Source: an uncultured Candidatus Saccharibacteria bacterium (GTDB taxonomy: Bacteria > Patescibacteriota > Minisyncoccia > Phycocordibacterales > SBAW01). From it: DNA of 64,000 nucleotides. The position numbers were made by a program, and so were the translations under genes. A model generated the notes under the pieces. That model was not told where the DNA came from and did no database searches. It saw only the letters and a program-made list of their open reading frames with translations. This document shows, piece after piece, positions 32,396-41,574 of the stretch. Numbering within the stretch: the stretch's first letter is position 1; each line of letters begins with the position of its first letter. Location of the stretch: NCBI GenBank assembly GCA_964459335.1, contig CAYWJX010000002.1, forward strand, positions 637 to 64,636. The letters run 5' to 3'.

Positions 32396-33064
32396 GTGGG
32401 TAAGATTGTTGACGAGGCCAAGAGAGAAGAACAGCGCATCGAGGCGCGCGTGAAAGGATACGTGGGCGAAGCATGCCCCGAGTGCGGTGACTTTTATCTC
32501 ATGCGCAGCGGCACGGGCTTGAGATGCGACCGCTGTGGTTGGACAAGCGACACTTCTTCTGAAGGCAAAATGCCAACAGCAGATGTGCAGCTCCCGACGG
32601 CTGAGGATATCAAGAGGACATTCCTCGCTGCCATGCGCGCTGGGTATGCCAGCGATGCACCCAAAAAGACAACCATCGTCGAGCTTCCCGGCTCGAAGGT
32701 TATCACTTTCGAGGATGGCCCTTGGGTGGTCAAAGACGTTTACTTTGTCAGCCCTGGGAGCACCTTTAGCAGCGGCATGACTATCATTTACTACAACTGT
32801 CATGTCGTGTGGACGATGCAATATCAGGGTTCGTATCCCGAGAACATCATCCCGTTCTTGAAGCGAGCGCTTGCCGCCAACTACAACAAAAATGAGTGGT
32901 GCGGCGGCCGAGGCCCTGCCCACTACGGCGAAGGCGAGTTGGTATATCTCAACACGAGGGCGTACAACTTTGAGAAATTTGAAGGCCGCGAGGAAATCAG
33001 CAGAAGTCCCGGCGGTCAATTGCTGGGCTTCCACACCTATCAAGGGATTATGTGGGGGTTCTGA
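32396..33064 (+). CDS. Zn-ribbon + DUF5680-domain protein
   Basis: The ORF track starts at TTG 32357; GTG 32396 is preferred (GGAGGG 6 nt upstream). CPECG...CDRCG ribbon. The C-terminal half (VWTMQYQGSY...FLKRALAANY...GGRGPAHY...FEGREEI) matches my recollection of DUF5680. A terminator follows on the + strand. Confidence 0.55.
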   Translation: MGKIVDEAKREEQRIEARVKGYVGEACPECGDFYLMRSGTGLRCDRCGWTSDTSSEGKMPTADVQLPTAEDIKRTFLAAMRAGYASDAPKKTTIVELPGSKVITFEDGPWVVKDVYFVSPGSTFSSGMTIIYYNCHVVWTMQYQGSYPENIIPFLKRALAANYNKNEWCGGRGPAHYGEGELVYLNTRAYNFEKFEGREEISRSPGGQLLGFHTYQGIMWGF

Positions 33065-33074
33065 GCAGACAAAA

Positions 33075-33102
33075 GCGCGAACCGTGAGGTTTGCGCTTTT
33101 TT
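33075..33102 (+). terminator. rho-independent terminator (+ strand)
   Basis: GCGCGAACC-GTGA-GGTTTGCGC (one G:U pair) followed by TTTTTT. Confidence 0.7.
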
Positions 33103-33105
33103 AAT

Positions 33106-33136
33106 ATAAAAATCCGGATGCTTTTGGCATCCGGAT
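33106..33136 (-). terminator. rho-independent terminator (- strand) for the AroE-like gene
   Basis: 10-bp perfect stem ATCCGGATGC/GCATCCGGAT (33112-33121 / 33127-33136). Read on the minus strand it is followed by TTTTTAT. Confidence 0.7.
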
Positions 33137-33140
33137 TGAG

Positions 33141-34190
33141 TCACAGTTTTGGCTTATAGCCGAATAGTGAGCCGATTTTCTTGTATATCGCAGGGGACAC
33201 GTCGTAGCCCCACAGCTTTGAGAGCGCCTTCGAAGGAATGATGTACCCCTCGACGACCATCCCGCTCCCGTCGTATATGGCGAGATTGTTTTTTGGCGCC
33301 TGCTTCTTTGCGTTGCCCGCAAGCGCCGACTTAGCGCCGTAGTTTGCATCCACGATGAGCGTCCCCGAGGGGAGCAGTTCATACACGTGATGGTCAAACA
33401 ACGGGTCACCCTCGGTAATTGAGGACACCAACACATCTTGGTCGGGAGCAATAAGGGCAAGATCATCGAGCGGATGCGCAAACACCTTTGCATCGGGGAA
33501 AAGCGCCCTGTTCTTGCGAGCGGCCTCAACCGCTTTTTCCACCGTGCGATTGAAGATAGTCACGCTTCCGCGTCCTGCGGTTTGCTTTACCAACTCGTCG
33601 ATAATACCGAGTGCAGCGCCGCCGGCACCGATGACACCAACGTTTTTGTCTTTGAGGTCGCTAAGCCCCATAGAGTTGAGGTACGTATCGATTGCGCGAG
33701 CCATACCCTGACCGTCCGAGTTGATGACGTGAAAGACGTTGTTGGGGCCAATCAGTATTTGATTGGTAGCTCCTATACGCTCTGCGTCAGCAGAAATCAC
33801 AACCCGGTTTGAAAACTTCTTGGCTTTGTCCTGGAAGTACTCCAGCGCCCGAATCTTGTAAGGATTGGTGATGGTCAGCACCCGGAAGTTTTTGGCTCCG
33901 AATGTAAACGCAACATCGAGCAGCTTTTCAAGATTTTCCGCTTTCACAAGCGAGATATCGATGGGAAGGAACAGTCCTTTTGCCGAGCGGAGTTTAAATT
34001 CCGCATTCCACATCAACGGGCTCACCGCGTATGCCGAGGGATGCTCCCCAATGATGACCGAGAGCGGCTCGTAGTTAAGACCCTCCGCGTTCACCTGCGG
34101 TTGATATTCCGGCCCCAACGCAAAGATCGATTCTTGCAGCTGCAAGACATCGTTCTCAATGAGGGGGCGTATTTTTTGTAGGATATTCAT
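33141..34190 (-). CDS. shikimate/quinate dehydrogenase-family protein (AroE-like, extended)
   Basis: Start set at ATG 34190 (GGAGG 5 nt upstream) instead of 34325. Motifs SPLMWN, ITNPYK, GATNQ, NSDGQG, GAGGAALG. Confidence 0.65.
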   Translation of the reverse strand: MNILQKIRPLIENDVLQLQESIFALGPEYQPQVNAEGLNYEPLSVIIGEHPSAYAVSPLMWNAEFKLRSAKGLFLPIDISLVKAENLEKLLDVAFTFGAKNFRVLTITNPYKIRALEYFQDKAKKFSNRVVISADAERIGATNQILIGPNNVFHVINSDGQGMARAIDTYLNSMGLSDLKDKNVGVIGAGGAALGIIDELVKQTAGRGSVTIFNRTVEKAVEAARKNRALFPDAKVFAHPLDDLALIAPDQDVLVSSITEGDPLFDHHVYELLPSGTLIVDANYGAKSALAGNAKKQAPKNNLAIYDGSGMVVEGYIIPSKALSKLWGYDVSPAIYKKIGSLFGYKPKL

Positions 34191-34212
34191 AATTGCCTCC
34201 TCATGGGGTTTA

Positions 34213-34602
34213 TTACAGATATGGGAATTCGATGATACTCGCTTCTTCGTCGGCGTCGATAGGGCGTTGCTCGAAGAGCGAGAGATCGTGTTGGACATCT
34301 CTCCAGTCGTGATAGGGGAGAGCATTTTGCAAATCGTCCGATGTCAGTTCGGCAATAGGCCGCACCGTGACAGTGTCGATGCGGACAGTGTGACGCAGAC
34401 ACTCCTCGTTATTCTCATCGAGCACCCGCAGTATCACAACCTGTCCGGGCTCATAGCCCTTGGGGTGTGTAGCGTCGCGGGCGCCGAGCCTCGGAGTGGC
34501 TTTTATCAATTGACTTTCAACGAACACTAAAAGAACTTGAAGCGGCAGTTTTTGACTCGGTCGAAACCATAGTTCAGGCCTAGCTTTGTGGTCCCGTGTC
34601 AT
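34213..34602 (-). CDS. hypothetical protein (possibly ASCH/PUA-like fold)
   Basis: Start set at ATG 34602 (130 aa). Only a weak pattern resemblance. Confidence 0.3.
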   Translation of the reverse strand: MTRDHKARPELWFRPSQKLPLQVLLVFVESQLIKATPRLGARDATHPKGYEPGQVVILRVLDENNEECLRHTVRIDTVTVRPIAELTSDDLQNALPYHDWRDVQHDLSLFEQRPIDADEEASIIEFPYL

Positions 34603-34697
34603 AGTTGTTGGTTCCTTATCTGTCGCTGATACTACTCTTAATACGCTCGATGTGCAAAAATGTTTCATTACAACACGAGGGAGCGTATACTCTACCT

Positions 34698-35258
34698 ATG
34701 GTCAGTGGGGAAGATAGCAGGAGCGACGAGACACTGGCCGCTCTCGTACAAGGAAATAATCAGGAGGCTCTCGGTGTACTAATAGACAGATATCAGGGCA
34801 AGCTCATGCGTTACGGAAGGCGGTTTTTGGCGCAGGATGCCGATATTGCGGATGCCGTGCAAGACGTTTTTATAAAAGCATATGAAAATATCCAGAGCTT
34901 TGATGCGACCAGGAGATTTTCGCCGTGGATATACCGCATCGCCCACAACACCTTTGTGAACGAGCTCCGGCGCAAAAGCCGCGAGCCGCTCCTGTATATC
35001 GACCTCGACACCATCCTTGCACACCCTTCGTATGAGTTTGACCCGGCCGCCGACGAAGAGCGTACGGAGATGAAGGCGCTTATGGACAAAGGGCTCAATA
35101 CACTCTCGCCGGCATATAAAGAGGTTATCATTTTGTATTATATTGAAAATCAGAGCTACCAGGAAATTGCCGACATTCTCCAGGTTCCTCTCGGTACCGT
35201 TGGCGTGAGACTCAAGCGTGCGCGCGAAGCGCTTAAAAAATATGTTGAAGGAGACTGA
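34698..35258 (+). CDS. ECF-type RNA polymerase sigma-70 factor
   Basis: Start at ATG 34698 (a TATACT box ends 6 nt upstream). Region 2 DAVQDVFIKAYENIQSFD...FSPWIYRIAHNTFVNELRR. Region 4 SYQEIADILQVPLGTVGVRLKRAREAL. Confidence 0.88.
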   Translation: MVSGEDSRSDETLAALVQGNNQEALGVLIDRYQGKLMRYGRRFLAQDADIADAVQDVFIKAYENIQSFDATRRFSPWIYRIAHNTFVNELRRKSREPLLYIDLDTILAHPSYEFDPAADEERTEMKALMDKGLNTLSPAYKEVIILYYIENQSYQEIADILQVPLGTVGVRLKRAREALKKYVEGD

Positions 35259-35955
35259 TATAAAAGAAAAGGTGTTTGCAAAAATCCGCACGGGTACTGT
35301 TTCGATGCGCCCAAGGATTTATTTTGTCGTGCGCATCATACTACTGGCAACCGTTGCCGTTATCACGCTCGCGCTTGCCATGCTGGTACTCAGTTTTGCC
35401 TTTTTTAGCATCCATGAGAGCGGCGAACAATTTTTGCTCGGTTTCGGACAGCGCGGTTTTATGGCGTTTATCATGCTCTTCCCATGGCTACCGTTGTTGC
35501 TCACATTGCTCTTGGTGTTACTGCTCGATTTTCTCCTGCGCTACTTTAAGTTTGGGTACCGAATATCCGTGCTCGAAATCTTTTTGCTGGCGCTCGCGGT
35601 CGTGGTTGGTGCGGGGATACTCATCAACTTTACGCCGTTGCATGCAACGCTCCTCAATGATGCCGACCACGATACTCTGCCGCTCATCGGCCCCTTGTAC
35701 GAAGAGTTGCACGACTCGCACCAAGCGGAGGGAATATATCGAGGCGATGTTTCTTCGATACAAGGCAACGAGTTTGTTATCACGCATAACGATAATGACC
35801 AAGATACCGACGACGGCACGTGGACTATTAGCGCTCCTGCCGGATTTGATATGACAACCTTGCGCATTGGCGAGCCGGTATATGTGGCCGGCAGACTTAT
35901 TTTGGGAGTGGTACAGGCGTATGGTGTACACGAGCTCACGCCGGACAGGAGCTGA
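35242..35955 (+). CDS. polytopic membrane protein, putative anti-sigma factor/partner of the ECF sigma
   Basis: Overlaps the sigma gene stop by 17 nt. 4-5 predicted TM helices, then an acidic extracytoplasmic tail. Assignment is by position only. Confidence 0.4.
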   Translation: MLKETDIKEKVFAKIRTGTVSMRPRIYFVVRIILLATVAVITLALAMLVLSFAFFSIHESGEQFLLGFGQRGFMAFIMLFPWLPLLLTLLLVLLLDFLLRYFKFGYRISVLEIFLLALAVVVGAGILINFTPLHATLLNDADHDTLPLIGPLYEELHDSHQAEGIYRGDVSSIQGNEFVITHNDNDQDTDDGTWTISAPAGFDMTTLRIGEPVYVAGRLILGVVQAYGVHELTPDRS

Positions 35956-35993
35956 AATAAACCGCTCCCGACGGTGTATAAAAGGTACACGTC

Positions 35994-36482
35994 ATGACCA
36001 CATCAAAAAAAATACAGAAAAATAAGGTTCTGGTGTCGCTCGGGCTGGGCATAGCGTCCGTTATCTACGTGCTTTCCCAATATGTGGGAGGCGTATCGGC
36101 CGCCGGGGCGCCTGCGGCAACTGCCGCGGTGTCATCGAGCCAAACGCACACCGTGTCTGCCGTCGCCACAACTCAAACCGCTTCCACACCGGCAGGCCAA
36201 TACACCGACGGCACTTATACGGGTAGCGCCGCAAACGCCTATTACGGCACGGTGCAGGTGCAGGCGGTGATACAAAACGGCAAGATTACCAACGTACAGT
36301 TTTTGCAATATGCAAATGACCGGAGCACATCCGTTGCCATCAACGACCGGGCGATACCGATTTTGCAGAGTGAGGCCATTGCAAGCCAAAGCGCCAATGT
36401 CAATATCGTGTCGGGTGCGACGTTTACCAGCCAGGCGTTTGAGCAATCTCTCGGCTCGGCGCTCCAGCAAGCGCAAGGCTAG
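35994..36482 (+). CDS. membrane-anchored FMN-binding (FMN_bind) domain protein, ApbE substrate type
   Basis: 162 aa. N-terminal TM. YTDGTYTGSA...YYGTVQVQAVIQNGKITNVQFL and flavinylation motif NIVSGATFTSQAF. Confidence 0.8.
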   Translation: MTTSKKIQKNKVLVSLGLGIASVIYVLSQYVGGVSAAGAPAATAAVSSSQTHTVSAVATTQTASTPAGQYTDGTYTGSAANAYYGTVQVQAVIQNGKITNVQFLQYANDRSTSVAINDRAIPILQSEAIASQSANVNIVSGATFTSQAFEQSLGSALQQAQG

Positions 36483-36484
36483 GT

Positions 36485-37234
36485 ATGAAGGAGACGCGGA
36501 TACTCATGGGGATGCCGGTGACTGTTGCTATTGCTGATGCGTCGGCAACTCACGATACTTTGGAAAAAGTATTTGCCTATCTTGCCGCCGTAGACGAGCG
36601 GTTTAGTACGTATAAAAGTACGAGCGAAATCTCGCGTATCAATAGCGGCGAGATTTCGGAAAAGGATTACAGCCGTGAAATGCGGGAAATTTTTGCGCTT
36701 GCCGAAAAAACAAAACAGGAAACAAACGGCTACTTTGACATAACAAAACCCGAGGGCTCGCGGGACCCTTCGGGCGTGGTCAAAGGTTGGGCGATAGCGC
36801 GCGCGGCCGAGCTTCTTACCAAAGACGGATATACTAATTTTTATGTTGATGCCGGAGGTGACATACAGTCGCGCGGCGTCAACGAGCAGGGCGAGGCATG
36901 GAGCGTTGGTATACGCAATCCGTTTAATCACGATGAGATAGTGAAGGTGGTATATCCGCGGGGAGCGGGTGTCGCAACCTCGGGCACGTATATACGCGGA
37001 CAGCATATTTACAATCCTCATGCGCCCAAAGAAAAACTCGGTGATGTGGTGAGCCTGACCGTCATCGGTCCGAACGTGCTCGAGGCCGACCGCTTTGCGA
37101 CCGGCGCATTTGCGATGGGGAAGGAGGGCATCAATTTTGTTGAGCAACTTCCGGGTTTTGAAGGATATGCAATCGACCGGAGCGGAATGGCGACCATGAC
37201 CAGTGGTTTTAATAGGTATACTCAATCACTATGA
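36485..37234 (+). CDS. apbE: FAD:protein FMN transferase (ApbE family), no recognisable signal peptide
   Basis: 249 aa. LMGMPVTV, FSTYKSTSEISRIN, GYFDIT, DPSGVVKGWA, VDAGGDI, VATSGTY. Starts 2 nt after the preceding stop, so no upstream extension is possible. Confidence 0.85.
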   Translation: MKETRILMGMPVTVAIADASATHDTLEKVFAYLAAVDERFSTYKSTSEISRINSGEISEKDYSREMREIFALAEKTKQETNGYFDITKPEGSRDPSGVVKGWAIARAAELLTKDGYTNFYVDAGGDIQSRGVNEQGEAWSVGIRNPFNHDEIVKVVYPRGAGVATSGTYIRGQHIYNPHAPKEKLGDVVSLTVIGPNVLEADRFATGAFAMGKEGINFVEQLPGFEGYAIDRSGMATMTSGFNRYTQSL

Positions 37235-38001
37235 CCACTCCGCAACTTATCGCGTATGTCCGCCAACAACTTGCCGACGGCACCGCACGGGAAGTAATCA
37301 CAAAAAATTTGGCTCAAAACGGATGGTCGCCGCAGGATATAACAGAGACCTTTGCCGCACCCTCCACCGCCACACCGGTGGTGCAACCTTCTTTTGCGGG
37401 CAGAAAGGTGCTTATTTCGTCGGCCCTGGTGGTTGCCTCGGCTCTGTATATCTTTTTTCAATATACGGCGAATGCACAACAATCGCCGGAGGTGGTAACC
37501 GTAGTCTCAACCCCGGCGCAAAATGTACCGGTAACCACTCCGGTGGCAACCACGGTAAGCCAGACCCCCGCCGCCCCGGCGCCGCCGCCTCAAAAAACTC
37601 AAACATCAATCCCGATTGTTACTCCGGCTCCAACGCCGGTCTCAACACCGGCGCCAACTCCAACTCCAACACCTGCACCGGCCCCAACACCCGCCCCCGC
37701 TCCAAAACCGGCGGGCCAGTATGCCGACGGTACTTATACCGGCAACTCCGCCGACGCGTATTACGGCACGGTACAGGTACAGGCAACCATACAAAACGGC
37801 GCGCTTACTAATGTACAGTTTCTGCAGTATCCCAGCGACAGAAGCACCTCGCGCCGCATCAACAGCCAAGCGATGCCCGTGCTCATCAGCGAGGCATTGC
37901 AGGTGCAGAGCGCCAATGTCGACATCGTGTCGGGCGCCACGGATACCAGCCAGGCGTTTCAGCAATCGCTCGGCTCGGCGCTTGCGCTGGCAAAAAACTA
38001 A
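37231..38001 (+). CDS. second membrane-anchored FMN_bind-domain protein (paralog of 35994..36482) with Pro/Thr linker
   Basis: 256 aa. TM helix, PAPTPVSTPAPTPTPTPAPAPTPAPAPKP linker, YADGTYTGNS...YYGTVQVQATIQNG, DIVSGATDTSQAF. Confidence 0.8.
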   Translation: MTTPQLIAYVRQQLADGTAREVITKNLAQNGWSPQDITETFAAPSTATPVVQPSFAGRKVLISSALVVASALYIFFQYTANAQQSPEVVTVVSTPAQNVPVTTPVATTVSQTPAAPAPPPQKTQTSIPIVTPAPTPVSTPAPTPTPTPAPAPTPAPAPKPAGQYADGTYTGNSADAYYGTVQVQATIQNGALTNVQFLQYPSDRSTSRRINSQAMPVLISEALQVQSANVDIVSGATDTSQAFQQSLGSALALAKN

Positions 38002-38010
38002 TACCTCGTT

Positions 38011-39522
38011 ATGAAATTTATAGACAATCTGTTAAATCGCATCACCATGTACCGCTTGGTGTTGTACTATCTGCTGGTACTTCTCGGCGCGGCGGTGCTT
38101 TTCGGCTTTGTCGGTCTTTTGCCGTACAACCCGGCCACGCTTGTGTTTTCGACTCTGCTCATCGTGGGGGTATGTTGGATTACCAACACCATTTTTGCAA
38201 ACGCGTTTGGCGCGGCAACCAACGTTGAGTCGGTATATATCACCGCGCTCATCCTCGCGCTTATTATTACGCCGGTCGTCTCGACCGATTATGTTGGCGT
38301 CGGGTTTCTCATATTTGCATCCGCGTGGGCGATGGCATCAAAATATATTTTTGCTATCGGCAAAAAACATATTTTTAACCCGGCCGCCTTTGGCGCTGCA
38401 CTCTCCGCTATTGCTATTAATCAATCGGCCACCTGGTGGGTGGGAGGAAATCTGATATTACTGCCCATCGTATTTTTTGGCGGTCTGCTTATTGTCCGCA
38501 AGATTCACCGTTTTGATCTGGTGTGGAGTTTTATAGTGGTCGCTTGTGCCACCATCATCCTCACCGCGGGTTCGGGAGATTATCTGACACCCATTACGCA
38601 AACCTTGCTCCACTCGCCGTTCTTTTTCCTCGCGTTTGTCATGCTCACCGAGCCGCTCACAATGCCTCCCAATTGGTGGTTGCGCGTCATGTACGGCTCA
38701 ATCGTGGGCTTTTTGTTTGCACCCAATATCCATGTCGGTTCGTTTTACCTGACGCCGGAGTTGGCGCTCCTGGTCGGAAACATATTTGCATACGCGGTCA
38801 GCCCTAAGGGGCGTTTTATGCTCAAACTTATTGAAAAAAATAAACTGGCAACCGGCGTGTTTGAGTTTGTGTTTGCGTCAGACCGGCCGTTTGCGTTCCG
38901 CCCCGGGCAATATCTTGAGTGGACGCTCGGGCATCGCTTTGCCGACAATAGGGGCAATCGCCGCTACTTTACGATTGCCTCTTCGCCGACCGAAAATACC
39001 GTGCGCATGGGCGTAAAGTTTTACGAACCCGCGAGTACCTTTAAGCGGGCGCTTGGCATGATGAAAATAAACGACACCATATCCGCCTCGCATCTTGCGG
39101 GAGACTTTGTATTGCCGAAGGACCCCAAGAAAAAACTGGTGTTTATCGCCGGCGGTATCGGTATCACGCCGTTTCGTAGTATGGCGCAATATCTCATCGA
39201 CAAAAAAGAGACGCGCTCCGCAGTGCTTTTGTACTCCAACAAAACAGCCGCCGAAGTTGCGTACAAAGAGGTGTTTGATAGCGCGGCGGCAGTGGGGCTC
39301 AAGACCATTTATGCACTCAGCAACGAGCCTGCTCCGGTAGCGGGCATGTACAACGGCTCGATTGACGGCGCGCTCATTGCGCGCGAAGTCCCCGACTACC
39401 GCGAGCGCACGTTTTATATCTCGGGCCCGCACGGTATGGTTGATGCATTTAAAAAAACATTGCACGATATGGGCGTCCCGCGCTGGCGAGTCAAATCCGA
39501 TTACTTCCCGGGCTTTGCGTAG
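38011..39522 (+). CDS. fusion of RnfD/NqrB-like polytopic membrane domain with C-terminal FNR-like FAD/NAD(P)-binding reductase
   Basis: 503 aa. Membrane half carries KHIFNPAAFG and FVMLTEPLTMP (RnfD/NqrB-family signatures as I recall them). C-terminal half has RPGQYLEW, RRYFTIASSP, LVFIAGGIGITPFRSM, YISGP. Confidence 0.7.
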   Translation: MKFIDNLLNRITMYRLVLYYLLVLLGAAVLFGFVGLLPYNPATLVFSTLLIVGVCWITNTIFANAFGAATNVESVYITALILALIITPVVSTDYVGVGFLIFASAWAMASKYIFAIGKKHIFNPAAFGAALSAIAINQSATWWVGGNLILLPIVFFGGLLIVRKIHRFDLVWSFIVVACATIILTAGSGDYLTPITQTLLHSPFFFLAFVMLTEPLTMPPNWWLRVMYGSIVGFLFAPNIHVGSFYLTPELALLVGNIFAYAVSPKGRFMLKLIEKNKLATGVFEFVFASDRPFAFRPGQYLEWTLGHRFADNRGNRRYFTIASSPTENTVRMGVKFYEPASTFKRALGMMKINDTISASHLAGDFVLPKDPKKKLVFIAGGIGITPFRSMAQYLIDKKETRSAVLLYSNKTAAEVAYKEVFDSAAAVGLKTIYALSNEPAPVAGMYNGSIDGALIAREVPDYRERTFYISGPHGMVDAFKKTLHDMGVPRWRVKSDYFPGFA

Positions 39523-40026
39523 ATGTCCAGACCACCTATGGAATTTACTTCACCAAAAGAAAAAAGAATTACCGAGTACTTCCGCATTAGCGTGCTTTTA
39601 AAAGGCGTTTTTTCGCTTATTGAAATCAGTGCCGGAGTGCTTGCACTATTCTTTCCGGTGTCGGCTGTCACCAACTTTGTTATCGCGCTGGCGCAGGGCG
39701 AGCTTGTGGAAGAGCCCGGCGATTTTGTTGCCACGCATCTGCTTTCGTTCGCGCAACAGCTCTCGGTCCCGAGCGGGATTTTTGTCGCTATGTATCTCCT
39801 CAGCCGCGGGTTGATACAGCTTGGGCTCGTCGTAGCGCTTTTAAAAAATAAATTGTGGGCCTACCCGAGCTCTTTAGTGGTGCTTGGTTTATTTATCGTG
39901 TATCAGGCGTATCAAATAGTGCTTACATCCTCGCTACCCTTACTGGCGCTTACCGTATTCGACCTTGTCGTTATGTGGTTTATCTGGCGAGAGTACGAAG
40001 TTGTCCGCCTCCGTTCCGCACAATAA
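39523..40026 (+). CDS. DUF2127-like small membrane protein
   Basis: 167 aa, 4 TM helices. The FRISVLLKGVFSLIEISAGVLALF opening is typical of DUF2127. The ATG directly abuts the preceding stop. Confidence 0.5.
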   Translation: MSRPPMEFTSPKEKRITEYFRISVLLKGVFSLIEISAGVLALFFPVSAVTNFVIALAQGELVEEPGDFVATHLLSFAQQLSVPSGIFVAMYLLSRGLIQLGLVVALLKNKLWAYPSSLVVLGLFIVYQAYQIVLTSSLPLLALTVFDLVVMWFIWREYEVVRLRSAQ

Positions 40027-40057
40027 AGCCTGTATGTTTGTAGTATGATAGGCACAT

Positions 40058-40768
40058 ATGGCACGTCACCATCATCATGAACTGCACCAAATCGGCGCTG
40101 AGTCAAAATTAAACTGGTTGCGGGCTGCGGTCTTGGGCGCCAACGACGGTGTGATTTCTGTGGCGTCAATAGTGGTAGGCGTCGCCGCCGCCGCCAACTC
40201 GATTACTTTTATTTTGACTGCGGGCATAGCGGGCCTTGTGGCCGGCGCTCTCTCCATGGCGGTGGGCGAGTATGTGTCGGTGAGTGCCCAGCGCGATACC
40301 GAAAAAGCTTTGCTTGAAAAAGAGCGGTACGAACTCGAGCACGAGCCCGAGGCCGAGCTTGAGGAACTTGCAGGGCTGTATCGGGCAAAAGGTTTAACGG
40401 AAGTGACCGCGCACCAAGTTGCCAAAGAGCTCACCGCACACGATGTATTTGCCGCGCATGTCGATGCGGAGCTACATATCGACCCCAACAATCTCGTTAA
40501 TCCGTGGCAAGCCGCGTTTGCATCGGCCGCCTCGTTTTTTTGCGGTGCCATCATACCGCTTGTCGTGATACTCCTGCCGCCGTCCGTGTGGCGGATACCC
40601 GTTACGTTTATTGCGGTTCTTTTTGTGCTCGTTATTACGGGCACGTTGAGCGCGCAAGCGGGCGGTGCGCGCAAAACAACCGCGGTATTAAGAGTGGTGC
40701 TCGGCGGTATCATCGCGATGGCGGTGACCTTTGGTATAGGCAAACTTTTTGGCGTTGCCGGGATCTAG
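40058..40768 (+). CDS. VIT1/CCC1-family iron/manganese transporter
   Basis: 236 aa. LRAAVLGANDGVISVASIVVGVAAA, central acidic helix EKERYELEHEPEAELEEL, C-terminal TM bundle. His-rich N-terminus MARHHHHELH. Confidence 0.85.
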   Translation: MARHHHHELHQIGAESKLNWLRAAVLGANDGVISVASIVVGVAAAANSITFILTAGIAGLVAGALSMAVGEYVSVSAQRDTEKALLEKERYELEHEPEAELEELAGLYRAKGLTEVTAHQVAKELTAHDVFAAHVDAELHIDPNNLVNPWQAAFASAASFFCGAIIPLVVILLPPSVWRIPVTFIAVLFVLVITGTLSAQAGGARKTTAVLRVVLGGIIAMAVTFGIGKLFGVAGI

Positions 40769-40837
40769 CAAGAAAAATAAAAAGAATTTTTTTGCGCATC
40801 CGATGACGAGGAAAAAAATTCTTTTTATTTTTCTTGC
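40768..40837. terminator. 26-bp perfect inverted repeat (18-nt loop) exactly between two convergent stop codons; likely bidirectional terminator
   Basis: GCAAGAAAAATAAAAAGAATTTTTTT (40768-40793) and its exact reverse complement (40812-40837). Begins at the last base of the VIT stop and ends 2 nt before the comF stop. Confidence 0.6.
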
Positions 40838-40839
40838 TT

Positions 40840-41541
40840 TTACGACTGTGCGAGCGCGACACAGCGCACTTCGCTTGCTCCGGCTTTTTTTAACGCGCGT
40901 TTTGCCTCGGCAAATGTTGCGCCGGTAGTTACAACATCATCTACAATAATGCATGTGCGGCCTTTAACCTGCTCGGGATATTTTACCAGCATCGAGTCTT
41001 TAACATTTTTTAACCGCTCGCTCCGTTCGAGCCCTTGTTGCGTTCGAGTGTTTTTTACACGAGCTAATAGGTTGGGGTTATAGAAAAAACGCTCAGAAAA
41101 AAAGTCCTCGGGGAGCGTGCCAGCCCTTAGCCCGGGGCTGTGCACTGCCAGACTATTTTTTCTGAGCGTTTTTTCACCACCCAGTGCTTTGAGCACCGCC
41201 TCGCACAGCAACTCGGTTTGATTGTGGCCGCGCTCTTTGCGGCGCGCCTCGTGCATCGGCATCGGTATTAAAAGCAGGGTGCCAATATGCTCCTCGGCCT
41301 CGGCAAGCAAAAGCTCGCTTAGATATGCGCCCGCCAGCTCGCGGGCGCGCGGACGCGCGCGGTATTTTAACTCCCATACGAGCGCGCGCACTGCGCGCTC
41401 GTGGTAGGGGAGCGTGCCGTCGTAGCGCGCGAGTGCTTGCAATTTTTCAAGCGTGAGCTCATTGAGCAAGCTTTCGGTCTCGCGCGGCGGCGCAAAAAGC
41501 CCCACGATAAAGTAAAAAACAGTGTAAATCGTTTTTTGCAT
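40840..41541 (-). CDS. comFC: ComF-family protein (phosphoribosyltransferase domain, ComFC-like)
   Basis: 233 aa. LLIPMPMHEARRKERGHNQTELL, PRT motif CIIVDDVVTTGATF. Confidence 0.8.
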   Translation of the reverse strand: MQKTIYTVFYFIVGLFAPPRETESLLNELTLEKLQALARYDGTLPYHERAVRALVWELKYRARPRARELAGAYLSELLLAEAEEHIGTLLLIPMPMHEARRKERGHNQTELLCEAVLKALGGEKTLRKNSLAVHSPGLRAGTLPEDFFSERFFYNPNLLARVKNTRTQQGLERSERLKNVKDSMLVKYPEQVKGRTCIIVDDVVTTGATFAEAKRALKKAGASEVRCVALAQS

Positions 41542-41574
41542 GTATATAAGTGGTATACTTTACGAGATAGCCCT

